Made by a program: the position numbers and the translations under genes
Assembly: GCA_964603945.1 (NCBI GenBank)
Contig: CAZRWP010000001.1
Span: 59,623 to 123,622, forward strand
Length of the DNA: 64,000 bases
Source of the DNA: an uncultured Pseudomonadales bacterium
GTDB lineage: Bacteria; Patescibacteriota; Microgenomatia; UBA1400; UBA1396
Direction: 5' to 3'
In this document: piece by piece, positions 48,071 through 57,795 of the stretch
How positions within the stretch are numbered: the first letter of the stretch is position 1
Layout of the letters: the number at the start of each line of letters is the position of its first letter
The notes under the pieces: model-generated
What the model was told of the DNA's origin: nothing
What the model saw: only the letters and a program-made list of their open reading frames with translations
Database searches by the model: none

Positions 48071-49762
48071 TATGCAGAATTTAACACAAGAGCAAAATGT
48101 TCATCCTTTTGATTTACAACCGCCACTGCCAGACTGCCCAGTAGTTAATTATAAAAAGGGCGGACCCGAATATGAGGACTCAATCAAATAATATTTGGAA
48201 CAACTCCTGGAATTTGCCAAAGCTACTGGCGTTTGACAGGCAGTCATAGACGCACTAGCTGGCGACAGCGGCTTTACCAACCTTAGCTCGCATCCGCTCA
48301 AAAATACTGAACACTTACAGCCACCAACTGGTAGTGGTCAAGGCCTGGTTGTAACCGGCTATGAGGAAACATATTCCCCTGATTTAGAAGTGATTGATCT
48401 AATGGAAACCAATCCAGAGATGGTTGATGAAATTCTTTACGCTTGGCTCTACCACTTGGCTTTATTCAATCATCCAGAGCACTTAGATGCTCTTTATCAG
48501 GTGGCCAAGAATCATTTTAAAGCTCCTAAAGAACGAAAAAATAAAGCCTTGGAACTTGCCAAGAAACGGGGGGAGGCAGTAAGTATTTTGGAGCTAGCCA
48601 TGCGGATTCCGGAACAAACCAAATACCCTCGGATGAGCCGAACTAAAATCCTCACCCTGGGAGGATTGTATTTCAATATGGGTCGCATAGTTAAAGACTC
48701 TGAAGAAATCTTTGGTCGAATGCAAGCTAGAAATGTAATTGTGGCCGGCGAAAACCCCGATATTACGGGATCGCCATTAATGCTGGCCTCCATGGCCGCA
48801 GCTCACCGTTTAGTGGGAATTCCCAGAGACGGTATTTTTACGGATATTGCGCGCCAAGCAAAGTTAGCTGGCGAATCCTTAAAGTTACTGGAGGAGCTTA
48901 GCCAACTTTTTGGCCGAAACAAGGAAGAACGAAAAACTCCTGTTAGATTGGTACAAGCACAACTTAGTAGGAGTTGTTGAAGCTAATCCAGATCCAGCTA
49001 TAGAAAGGGCTCAGGCTCTCTATGATGCTGGCGTCCGTACCTTTAGGGTGTATTCGCCAGAGCCAAGTGATCAGTTAGTCCAAACAGTTAAAGCTTTGCG
49101 CCAACACCAAAAAGAACAAGGCTGGGAACCGATTGAAATATTCGCTGGCCAGGTAGTGAGTGTCAGTCAAGCTAAAGAATTGGAAGATGCTGGCTGTGAT
49201 GGTCTTTATTGGCGTGGGTGGTGGGGGCCGGTGTATTACAGGTAATGTCGCCAACCTGGCAATTGATTGGCCTCAGCTACTATGGTCATTACGCGGAAAA
49301 ATTAAGATTCCAGTGATAGTCCAAGGAGGAGCAAATGACAATCCAGCCACTACCATTGCCTTGGGCGGCTCAGGAATTGGAGCGGTCGGTGCAATGGGCG
49401 GAAGCCTCGAAAGTCCAGGTGGAACTTTATACTTTTATGACCCTAAAACAGGTGAAATCTTTAAGTTTTATGGAGGTGAAGCTTCTAATCGAATGCGCGC
49501 AATGGCGGATCGCGAAGATATATTTGGGAGAACCATTAATACAGAAGGTGAAACCGCTAGAAAGTTCTTTAAAAATAATCCTTTTCAAGGAATATATGCT
49601 ACTGCCCTTCAAAGGCTTACTGAAATGCTGGAACGAATTTCAACCGGTTTAGGCTTTCAAAATGCCAGAAATATCAGAAAACAACAAAAAAGAACAAAGA
49701 ATGTCCGGCGTGAGGCTCCTATCATGAGCCTATCTAGAAACCCGCACGATACGCATCCCTAA
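48071..49762 (+). pseudogene. IMPDH/GuaB3-like TIM-barrel gene disrupted by 2-3 frameshifts
   Basis: Consecutive overlapping ORFs in three frames (48390..48980, 48910..49245, 49160..49762, plus possible 48071..48193) carry successive IMPDH-family motifs ('GVRTFRVYSPEPS..', 'KIPVIVQGGANDNPATTIALGGSGIGAVGAMGGS', 'FYGGEASN'); second shift coincides with G5 run near 49215. Confidence 0.45.
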
Positions 49763-49891
49763 AGTTAAGCACGCAATATATTAATAGCTGCTCTAGCTAT
49801 AATCTCTTTCTAATATTTACTAGAATATTTTGCTTTGACTTTTTTTAAAATTCATGTCAAATTGAATATATATTCATATCATCTAATAGCT

Positions 49892-50263
49892 ATGCCTAGA
49901 AATAAGTCGCCGCGCACCACATCGTCAGTTCCGAGGTCTCCCTTCTTCAAACCACAAGGAGTCTGTTTGAAACAATTGGAAGTTGTCAGGCTTCAAGATG
50001 ATGAATTTGAAGCAATTAAACTGCATGATTTCGATCAGCTCTCCCAGATAGAAGCGGCCTTAGCGATGAAAATCTCCCAACCAACTTTCGGCCGAATTCT
50101 TCACTCTGCCTATAAAAAAATCAGTCAAGCATTACTAGAAGGCAAAGCAATTGCCATTCAACCACAGAAAGGAAGGGCTCATGAAACTTCTCAGTCTCAA
50201 AAATATTTTGATTATACTAGCGCTGTTTGTGATGTCTGCGGCCGGACTTGTCTGGCTAAATAA
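49892..50263 (+). CDS. DUF134 (UPF0251) family putative DNA-binding protein
   Basis: Start at MPRNKSPR; 'FKPQGV..LEVVRLQDDEFEAIKLHDFDQLSQIEAALAMKISQPTFGRIL..AYKKIS.ALLEGKAI' matches DUF134 pattern. Confidence 0.6.
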   Translation: MPRNKSPRTTSSVPRSPFFKPQGVCLKQLEVVRLQDDEFEAIKLHDFDQLSQIEAALAMKISQPTFGRILHSAYKKISQALLEGKAIAIQPQKGRAHETSQSQKYFDYTSAVCDVCGRTCLAK

Positions 50264-51368
50264 AACTCAGACCCTACCATTTGTCGCTCAAAAAAATAAA
50301 CCGATCAATGGCCTGCTGATGTTGATTGAGTTTGAAGATATCGATGGCGTTTTGCAGTGGGAAAAGGAACTTGACCAGCGTAATCTGACTGCCATGGTGA
50401 AAGTGCAAAACAATGTTTTAGAGGAAAATCCCGATGTTTTTAAGCGTTTAGCTGACAAAGGTTATGAGATTGCCGGTGGGTATGACGAAGAAGCTTTTTG
50501 GGACATGCCATATGACCAGCAATTCAAATATTTATCCGAGGCTAAAAATTTAGTGGAAGATATTACCGGCAAGCCAATGCGAGTCTTTGGCAGTCGCTAC
50601 TTTGCCTATGACGAAACCACTTTAAAAGCGGCTGACAGTCTGGAAATTGAGTATATTTTAGCTCGTGGAACTCAAGACGTCGCCGCCATGATCTTTGATC
50701 CAGATGAATATTCTGCCAAAGTAATTTCCGTTACTAATGTTGAAAATGGCGAAATGGGTCGCGGTTCTTTATGCGACTACAGTTTGTGGGCCCGCGGCGC
50801 TGACGCCACGGAGTTTGCCCAAATTCTGCAAGAAAGCTTAGCCAAAAAACCAGCCAACATGATCTTAGTCTCCCATGCTTACTTGGGTGGCACCCGTCAG
50901 GAATGGTGGACTGAATATAAAAAAGTTTTAGAAACCGATCTAGTTGAGTGGGTGGGTTTTGATGAATGGATTGCCAAGCAGGAAATAAAAAGACTGCCCA
51001 ACCAAGAGATCCCGATTAATCGCGAAGTAAAGTATGTTCAGCCAAATCCTGCCAAACCCATGGAGGATTACGCCCCAGTAACTGATTTAGAAAATTCGGA
51101 AATAGTCATGTTTCACAACGGCTTGGGCGAAATGTGTATTGAAGCAATTGATTTTTTCCAGGAGAACCAAATAAGCTATCGTGAGTACTTGAATACCGAT
51201 CCGCAGTTCTCAGCTTTGCTGACGCAATATCAAGTTGAGTATCCAACTAGCACCGGTGTTTCGACAAACTACCAATACTTGCCAATTATCTTTTACGAGG
51301 GCAAAGCATACTCAGGCTTTAACGAGCAGATTGCTGAGAAAATTTTAAGTGAGTGGGAGGAAAGATAG
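50181..51368 (+). CDS. Secreted/membrane-anchored protein with C-terminal glutaredoxin-like module
   Basis: Start MKLLSL with signal/TM; C-terminal ~80 aa 'EIVMFHNGLGEMC..YREYLNTD..LPIIFYEGKAYSGF' follows glutaredoxin fold pattern with atypical single-Cys site; N-terminal domain unassigned. Confidence 0.45.
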   Translation: MKLLSLKNILIILALFVMSAAGLVWLNKTQTLPFVAQKNKPINGLLMLIEFEDIDGVLQWEKELDQRNLTAMVKVQNNVLEENPDVFKRLADKGYEIAGGYDEEAFWDMPYDQQFKYLSEAKNLVEDITGKPMRVFGSRYFAYDETTLKAADSLEIEYILARGTQDVAAMIFDPDEYSAKVISVTNVENGEMGRGSLCDYSLWARGADATEFAQILQESLAKKPANMILVSHAYLGGTRQEWWTEYKKVLETDLVEWVGFDEWIAKQEIKRLPNQEIPINREVKYVQPNPAKPMEDYAPVTDLENSEIVMFHNGLGEMCIEAIDFFQENQISYREYLNTDPQFSALLTQYQVEYPTSTGVSTNYQYLPIIFYEGKAYSGFNEQIAEKILSEWEER

Positions 51369-51602
51369 ATGTAAGTGGAGGAATTCACCCGCTCAGGCTC
51401 ATAGCTTCTATTTTGGTATTCGCTTGAGCGAGTACCTTGATGAGAATCCCCTTTCTTTCAATAAAAAAACCTGCCAGGTGGAGGGATTCCCCGACTCTCC
51501 CTGATTTTCATCAGGGCTCGCTGGACTAGGCAGGTGTTCGCAAGCTTGCTCACACTTGCCGTCGGAACATAGGCTTCGCACCCAATTACCTCTACCAACA
51601 AA

Positions 51603-51630
51603 AAAATCCCCACTCGGGGATCTTTTTTGT
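51603..51630. terminator. Bidirectional rho-independent terminator (3' of tRNA-Ser)
   Basis: AAAAAA-ATCCCC-ACTC-GGGGAT-CTTTTTTG: 6-bp GC-rich stem flanked by A-run and T-run. Confidence 0.55.
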
Positions 51631-51718
51631 TGGCGGAGGTGGAGGGATTCGAACCCACGCAACCGGTAAAGGTTCAGGTTTAGCAAACCTGTGCAATTGG
51701 CCACTATGCGACACCTCC
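51631..51718 (-). tRNA. tRNA-Ser (anticodon GCU), class II with long variable arm
   Basis: Reverse complement: acceptor GGAGGTG/CACCTCC, anticodon stem CAGGT/ACCTG with loop TTGCTAA (GCU), 16-nt variable arm, T-loop TTCGAAT, encoded CCA. Confidence 0.8.
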
Positions 51719-51909
51719 TGGTCAGATGAACAGTTTCATCTGGGTCAGCTTGGGTATTATAACGGTGAAATCGGCCAGCGCCAACCAGACAGCAAGAACT
51801 AATCTCGCCCAAGTTAAACATCGTCAAAATTATGACCTGATTTATTTTTTATCAACTTATTACATATTTTTAACAATTTTCCAACAAATTTGTTTTAGCG
51901 TGACAATTT

Positions 51910-52362
51910 ATGAATCGGTTTCGCACTGAATTAAAAAGGATTTTAAGCAATCAGAAACCTAGCCGATTGCACCAAAATCTAGTCGATATTGCCTCAGAGC
52001 AATCTGGAAATAAACCTTTCCTGACCGAATCTCAACAAAGAGCTAGAGATCTTGATGACTTGGTTGATTTGATTGAAAAAGCCATCGAGACAGTTCGGAC
52101 TAGAATTGACTTTCTCAGAATTTTTCAAAATATTGGTTACTTATCTAAGATGAAAAGTGCAAATTATAATCACATGCCCAGTCTTCTCGATTTAATGGCT
52201 AGACAGAGATTAAAAAAACTTCCGAAAAGTTTTGAATTTTCCAAAAAGGACCGAGACTTAGCATTTGAGCTCGGACAAGCGTGGGCTGAATTAGTTCTAA
52301 ATAGTTCTCGGAATAATAATGATCGGCCGCCAGCCAAGCAACCACCTAATCGCTGGCGCTAA
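51910..52362 (+). CDS. hypothetical protein
   Basis: 150-aa ORF, helical, no recognisable domain. Confidence 0.4.
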   Translation: MNRFRTELKRILSNQKPSRLHQNLVDIASEQSGNKPFLTESQQRARDLDDLVDLIEKAIETVRTRIDFLRIFQNIGYLSKMKSANYNHMPSLLDLMARQRLKKLPKSFEFSKKDRDLAFELGQAWAELVLNSSRNNNDRPPAKQPPNRWR

Positions 52363-52435
52363 GCTAGGCCTATTTCGATTTAATCCACCATCTGTACCAA
52401 CACCTTATAATGATGGCATAATGCCTGCTTAGGTT

Positions 52436-53146
52436 ATGCCAAACGCTAAGTCACAAATTTTTACCTGTCAGGACGGTCTGGAAGTGCCTATCACCTGGCA
52501 AACGAGTTCGCGCAACCGGAATATCAGGCTAACGGTTGCCACCAGTGGAGTTAGAGTTAGCTCGCCGCCGCGTACTAAGTGGTCAGTCATAAAAAATTTC
52601 TTAAGTGATCAGGAAAATTGGCTTAAAGCCCAGCTGGAAAAACAGGTGCCTGTTTCACCAAATCGGCTATATTATCAAGGCAAACAATATAAATTGAAAC
52701 TTAGTCCAAGCGCTGAGCCAACTCGAGTTCATTTTAGGGATGACACCTGCTATGTTTCGCCAATTCGTCCAACTGACGAATCGGTCCAACAAACACTGGA
52801 GCGGTGGTTAAAAACCACCGCGGCTGAAGAACTCACATCAGTTTTTTTGGAATGCCGGCAGGACATGGGTGTTCAGGCCAGCAATTTACGCTGGCGCGAC
52901 ACCAAATCGCGCTGGGGAAGCTGTTCGACTGATGGGCAAATTATGCTGAGCTGGCGCTTAATTCACGCGCCGCCTGTTGTAGCCCGTTACGTAATCATTC
53001 ATGAACTCGCCCACCGAATTCACCACAATCATTCGTCTCACTTTTGGAAATTAGTGGCCGAGCATGATCCGGCTTACAAAGTTCACCGCGGCTGGCTCAA
53101 ACGGCACGGCCATCAGTGCCAGACTCCGCAAACTAAGTTGTTCTAA
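52436..53146 (+). CDS. YgjP-like (DUF45/M48-related) zinc metallohydrolase
   Basis: C-terminal 'YVIIHELAHRIHHNHSSHFWKLV' HExxH-containing DUF45 signature. Confidence 0.7.
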   Translation: MPNAKSQIFTCQDGLEVPITWQTSSRNRNIRLTVATSGVRVSSPPRTKWSVIKNFLSDQENWLKAQLEKQVPVSPNRLYYQGKQYKLKLSPSAEPTRVHFRDDTCYVSPIRPTDESVQQTLERWLKTTAAEELTSVFLECRQDMGVQASNLRWRDTKSRWGSCSTDGQIMLSWRLIHAPPVVARYVIIHELAHRIHHNHSSHFWKLVAEHDPAYKVHRGWLKRHGHQCQTPQTKLF

Positions 53147-53225
53147 ATTTGAATTTGATGGAGGCGCGGCCGTCTCCCCAGGAGCGGCCGCGCCAACTTG
53201 CCAACTTCAATTTAATAAATATTTC

Positions 53226-54902
53226 TTAGACATTGCCTTCAATGGAATTGATAATCACCAGTACGAGCGGCTCCTTTTCCGATTCTTGGCGGATTCGGTA
53301 ACGGATGTCGTTTTTAATTTGAATAGGCAAATCTTTAGCCTCTTGTCCATTTTTGGCCAGTGTTTCGCGGACAGTTTCCCGTACAATTTGGTATAACTGC
53401 TCCTGCTCTTCAGGAGAAGTCAGGCCTAAGCCTCTTTCTTCAACCGACATATTGTTGAGGTCATAATTACCGGCCACTTCGTTCATCGCCACCACAATTA
53501 CACCCTGCTTGCCCAAAATTTCGCGATCAGCCAACACCTGATCCATCACTTGACTGGTTGTGCCAGCTACTGTGATCGTTCGTTCCCTCAACTTAATTTC
53601 TTTACCATAGCGGAAACCGTTGGCGTCTAGTTCAACTGGCTTACCATAATGAGGTAAAACAATCTGATTAAGGTTATAGCCGTGATGCTCGACCACATGG
53701 CTAAAACGTACGCGGTGACGTTCTTCACCGCCAATCGGGAATAGATATTTTGGCTTCAACAGGTGAACCATGAGCATCTGCTCATACTCACCAGCGTGGC
53801 CGGAAACGTGCAAATCGTCATCCACGTCTGAATAAGCCACGTCGATACCCTTTTCGGCTAATTCATCAATAACACCATAGACGTTGATTTCATTACCGGG
53901 AATTGGTTCCGAGGCAACGATCACCTTGTCGCCGCGATGAATGTTGACCAGGCGGTGCTCGCCGGAAACGGCTCGCACCAGCGAAGATCCAGCCTGTCCC
54001 TGACTGCCAGCGACCACTAAACAAATCTGGTCATCCGGCACTCCATCTAGGTTCCGTTTGTTGAGTTTGATATTGGGTGGGAAATTTAGCAGACCCATAT
54101 TCATGGCTGTGTTTACATTCTGCTCAACCGAACGGCCAATAAAGCTGATCTTGCGGTCAAACTCTGAGGCCACATCAATTACCTGCTGAACGCGGTGCAA
54201 ATTGGAACTCATTAAGGTCACAATTACCTTGCCTTTAACATCATGCATTTCACGCCGCAAAGTGCCGCGTAGAACCGATTCAGACGCCGTGGGATCACGG
54301 CGCTCAATGCGCAGACAATCCAGCAAAGCGCACAGCACTCCTTCGCGGCCAATATTGGCAATTTTTTGCAGATCCATGTGCTGACCGTCAACTGGCGTTA
54401 AGTCGATCTTAAAATCAGACCCGTGGTAAATCACACCTTCCGGCGTGCGGATCACCAAGTGACGAGTGTCGGGCACTGAGTGAGTTACGCGAATTGTCTC
54501 AAAGGTGAACGGTCCCAATTTTAGCTGGCCATCATCAAAGTACTGGACTTCCTTTTCAATATCCTGATCAGCCAAACGAGTCATAGCAAACTCAGCCGTT
54601 AAAGGCGAGCCATAAATCGGCACATCCACGCCGATCTCTCGTAAGACATACGGCAAGGCGGCGATATGGTCATCATGACCGTGAGATAGGACAATACCGT
54701 GCAGAGTCGCGCCAGCGGCTAAACGATCCTGCAGATACTGTGTATCGGGCACCAGGATGTCAACGCCAGGCATTTCCATCGGCGCAAAGCCGATTCCGCA
54801 ATCGACAACAACCATATCATCGCCGAGCTCGTAAACAAACATGTTTTTAGTGACACGTCCAATGCCACCCATGGGGAATATTTTTAACATAAATGTGTTC
54901 AT
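53226..54902 (-). CDS. rnj: Ribonuclease J (metallo-beta-lactamase/beta-CASP)
   Basis: 'IVLSHGHDDHIAALP' HxHxDH motif, beta-CASP and C-terminal domain, 558 aa. Confidence 0.85.
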   Translation of the reverse strand: MNTFMLKIFPMGGIGRVTKNMFVYELGDDMVVVDCGIGFAPMEMPGVDILVPDTQYLQDRLAAGATLHGIVLSHGHDDHIAALPYVLREIGVDVPIYGSPLTAEFAMTRLADQDIEKEVQYFDDGQLKLGPFTFETIRVTHSVPDTRHLVIRTPEGVIYHGSDFKIDLTPVDGQHMDLQKIANIGREGVLCALLDCLRIERRDPTASESVLRGTLRREMHDVKGKVIVTLMSSNLHRVQQVIDVASEFDRKISFIGRSVEQNVNTAMNMGLLNFPPNIKLNKRNLDGVPDDQICLVVAGSQGQAGSSLVRAVSGEHRLVNIHRGDKVIVASEPIPGNEINVYGVIDELAEKGIDVAYSDVDDDLHVSGHAGEYEQMLMVHLLKPKYLFPIGGEERHRVRFSHVVEHHGYNLNQIVLPHYGKPVELDANGFRYGKEIKLRERTITVAGTTSQVMDQVLADREILGKQGVIVVAMNEVAGNYDLNNMSVEERGLGLTSPEEQEQLYQIVRETVRETLAKNGQEAKDLPIQIKNDIRYRIRQESEKEPLVLVIINSIEGNV

Positions 54903-54983
54903 CAGCTAATTAATGGATAACCAACACTTGTCAGTTATCAAAAAGCTGATGAAACTCCTTTCTTTTCTTTATTTTTAGAAACC

Positions 54984-55610
54984 CTAAAATAGGGCTTCTT
55001 TTATGCTCTCAATTTGTTCAGCCTGGCTTTCCCGCTGGCCAATATAAGCCAAGGCTTTAGGTATTTTGCCAATATCTTGGCTAAATGCCTCCTTTAGCTT
55101 GCCATTTCTAAGCGCCGCCGCTGGGTGATAAATTGGCAAGACATATATTATGCGCCCTTTCCAGCGGATCCGCTTCAGAACTCCGTGGACTAAGGTTATT
55201 TTAGCCTCAGGTAGAAAAAAATTTAGACTGAATCTGCCTAATGTAACAAACAATTTAGGCTTGATTAAGTCAATTTCTTCCAGCAAAAATGGTAAATAAG
55301 CTTTTATTTCGTCTAGCTGTGGATCGCGGTTGCCTGGCGGCCTCACCTTGACGATATTGCTGACATATAAATCTGGCCTAGCTAGACCATTTTCCTCAAG
55401 CGTCCGGTTAAATAACTGACCAGATCGTCCGACAAACGGAATGCGCTGCTTTGCCTCCTCAGCTCCTGGCGCCTCGCCAATCACCATTATTTGAGAGTGC
55501 AAATTACCTTGACCAATCACGATATCCTGGGGAACCTGGCAAAGTGGTAGATCGTCACAACGCGACTCCATTAGTTTTAATAACTTCGCGTGCTGATCTT
55601 CTCTCGTCAT
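54984..55610 (-). CDS. Uracil-DNA glycosylase, family 4
   Basis: 'VIGEAPGAEEAKQRIPFVGRSGQLF' family-4 UDG motif A and C-terminal 'HPAAALRN' motif. Confidence 0.75.
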   Translation of the reverse strand: MTREDQHAKLLKLMESRCDDLPLCQVPQDIVIGQGNLHSQIMVIGEAPGAEEAKQRIPFVGRSGQLFNRTLEENGLARPDLYVSNIVKVRPPGNRDPQLDEIKAYLPFLLEEIDLIKPKLFVTLGRFSLNFFLPEAKITLVHGVLKRIRWKGRIIYVLPIYHPAAALRNGKLKEAFSQDIGKIPKALAYIGQRESQAEQIESIKEALF

Positions 55611-55934
55611 GCTGAATCTCTATTGTATCAGGTTAAAAAACTGCAAATTTGCGGTGTCAAAAATTGCGGGGAAAGTACATTACAACAGCTTTGACAATAA
55701 AAATACAGAGTTGAATTGAAGGCTGTTGAACAGATAAGGTCATAAAAGTGTTGAACCTGTCCACTAGCACCATCTCCACTTACTATTTGAGACAATTTCA
55801 AGCACCACAAGACATAAATTCTCCCTATTTTGAAATATCTAATTCAGCTTTTAACTGCTGTAGATCAACCTATTCTTATAAGTTACTAAAAAATATTTCA
55901 GCTGAAAAGGCTGATTGGTAAGAGTTGGTAATTT

Positions 55935-56654
55935 ATGGCTTATCGCTCAAACCGCTACGATAACCGCCGACCAAAATATAAAAAACCACCAGAATCACGA
56001 CCTTCAAGACCTCAGTCTTTTGCCAAACACCGTTATGATTTTGGAGACAAAGAAAAACGAGAAATAAGAGAGGTAACTGGAGACCGATGTCTCCGCTGTG
56101 GAATTCAAGAGCATGAGTTAGATTTACTTCTAGCGCAAGCTTGTGAAAAGTGTGATCTAAATGACGCTGACAAAAATTGCAATAGTGGCTGTGACATTAC
56201 CAGTGATCGTCATCTGGAGATTCATCATACTGTCTCAAAATGGTTTGCAGCCGAAAATAAAATGGATTCCAAGGTGATTGGAAGCCTGAACATGGGTGTT
56301 TGTCTTTGTAATGAATGCCACAAAATTATGGATCGATTAGCTCAACAACCAGACTCAGAAGATGATCTCAGAACACTTTATGAACTCGGAAAGCGTGATC
56401 TATCGACTCAAGAAATTACAAATCTCTTCAGAAGAGCTAGAACTAAAAGTTACTTGGCTGAAATTTTACGTATTTGGTACAACCGCGACATGATTGTCAA
56501 TGGATTGGAACCAGAATTTTTGCCTCAGCCAGACAGAATTTTATTAAGAACAGCCCAAGCCAAAGCTCTAATCAAAGAACAACAAAAAAGAGAGAAGTCA
56601 AATTCTCGCATGCGCAAACACCAACCACAAGGGCAATATTACGAGCTTCGCTAA
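55935..56654 (+). CDS. HNH endonuclease-domain protein with basic N- and C-termini (low-GC gene)
   Basis: 'CLRCG..LEIHHTVSKW..N..CLCNECH' HNH CxxC/HH/CxxCH pattern; gene ~40% GC with 324-bp AT-rich upstream spacer containing TTGAC-like direct repeats. Confidence 0.6.
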   Translation: MAYRSNRYDNRRPKYKKPPESRPSRPQSFAKHRYDFGDKEKREIREVTGDRCLRCGIQEHELDLLLAQACEKCDLNDADKNCNSGCDITSDRHLEIHHTVSKWFAAENKMDSKVIGSLNMGVCLCNECHKIMDRLAQQPDSEDDLRTLYELGKRDLSTQEITNLFRRARTKSYLAEILRIWYNRDMIVNGLEPEFLPQPDRILLRTAQAKALIKEQQKREKSNSRMRKHQPQGQYYELR

Positions 56655-56658
56655 CTAT

Positions 56659-57789
56659 TTAGTACGTCGGCAGGAAAAATTTAACATTATCCTGATTAAT
56701 CACAACTTGAGGCAAATTTTTCTCCAGACGTAATCTGGCGGCCTTGGCCACCGCTCCCTTGAGATTGCGTTCCAGCGTACGAATTCCGGCGTCAAAACCT
56801 AACGGACGAACCATAGTTGGCCAAACATCTTCAGCAATAATCAGTGAATTAGCATCCATGCCGGCTTCCTGCAGAAGTTTGGGCATGACGTAACGCTGGG
56901 CAATCACCGTTTTTTCATCATCACTGTAAGAAGGCATGTCAATCCGCTCGACCCGGTCCATCACGGCCGTGGCAATTGAGCGGGTATTGTTAGCAGTGGC
57001 AATAAACAAGACCTGAGACAAATCCACGGGGTAATCCAAATAGTGGTCAATGAAGGCATAATTCTGCTTGGGATCCAAGAGCTCAACCAGCACACCCATG
57101 ATGTCCATCCGAGCATCTTCCGCAACCCGGTCAATTTCATCTAAAAGCATAACTGGATTTCGAGTTTTGGCTTCCGCCAGACCTTTAACCACCCAGCCAG
57201 GTTCTGCTTCTAGGTGCAGTCTGGATTGGCCACGCAGGTCGCGCGCCGATCCCATTCCGCCAAAAGGAATACGGACGATTTCGCGCCCCATGGCCTCGGC
57301 AATAGAGTAAGCAAAGGTGGTTTTACCGGTTCCTACCAGACCTACTAGCAGGACAATTGGCGCGCGTATCTGACCACGCTCCAGCGTGTCTGACTGAGCG
57401 GCCTGCTCAGCCTGTTGTTTTTGAAATTTAAGAATGGCAATGTACTCCAAGATGCGATCCTTAACCGATTGCATACCATAGTGATGCTTTTCAAAAATCT
57501 GCTTAGCTTGCTCTAAATCCAGCGTGTCTTCCGTGGTAACTTCCCAGGGAACTTGAGTCGCCCAATCTATGTATTTGGTTGTGCGCTCATAAGCTTCACT
57601 GTAATTTTGCGTCTGGGCGGCGCGCTCTAATAAACGAATTTCCCGATCTAATTTTTGCTTAAGATCGTCTGGCGCCGTGGAATCAGCAATCCGCTGTTTT
57701 AAAGCACTAATCTCATCGCTCACTACCTGATCAGGCACATTATTGGTCATTGAAATATTGTCATCAGCCATACAGATACTATAAACCAT
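56659..57789 (-). CDS. Lon-homologous AAA+ ATPase lacking both LON N-terminal (PUA-like) and C-terminal protease domains
   Basis: Aligns to Lon central helix + AAA+ module: 'YIDWATQVPW', 'HYGMQSVKDRILEYIA', Walker A 'LVGLVGTGKTT', Walker B 'MLLDEID', 'FDAGIRTLERNL' sensor-2 region; stops where Lon protease domain would begin, 4 nt from convergent HNH gene; start set at MVYSIC outside repeat. Confidence 0.7.
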   Translation of the reverse strand: MVYSICMADDNISMTNNVPDQVVSDEISALKQRIADSTAPDDLKQKLDREIRLLERAAQTQNYSEAYERTTKYIDWATQVPWEVTTEDTLDLEQAKQIFEKHHYGMQSVKDRILEYIAILKFQKQQAEQAAQSDTLERGQIRAPIVLLVGLVGTGKTTFAYSIAEAMGREIVRIPFGGMGSARDLRGQSRLHLEAEPGWVVKGLAEAKTRNPVMLLDEIDRVAEDARMDIMGVLVELLDPKQNYAFIDHYLDYPVDLSQVLFIATANNTRSIATAVMDRVERIDMPSYSDDEKTVIAQRYVMPKLLQEAGMDANSLIIAEDVWPTMVRPLGFDAGIRTLERNLKGAVAKAARLRLEKNLPQVVINQDNVKFFLPTY

Positions 57790-57795
57790 CGGATG

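Noticed and set aside
51408-51827. 139-aa and 66-aa minus-strand ORFs (51408..51827, 51458..51658)
   Set aside because: They run straight through tRNA-Ser (51631..51718) and its terminator, have no domain signal and are Ser/Pro/Arg-rich, typical of spurious frames over structured RNA.
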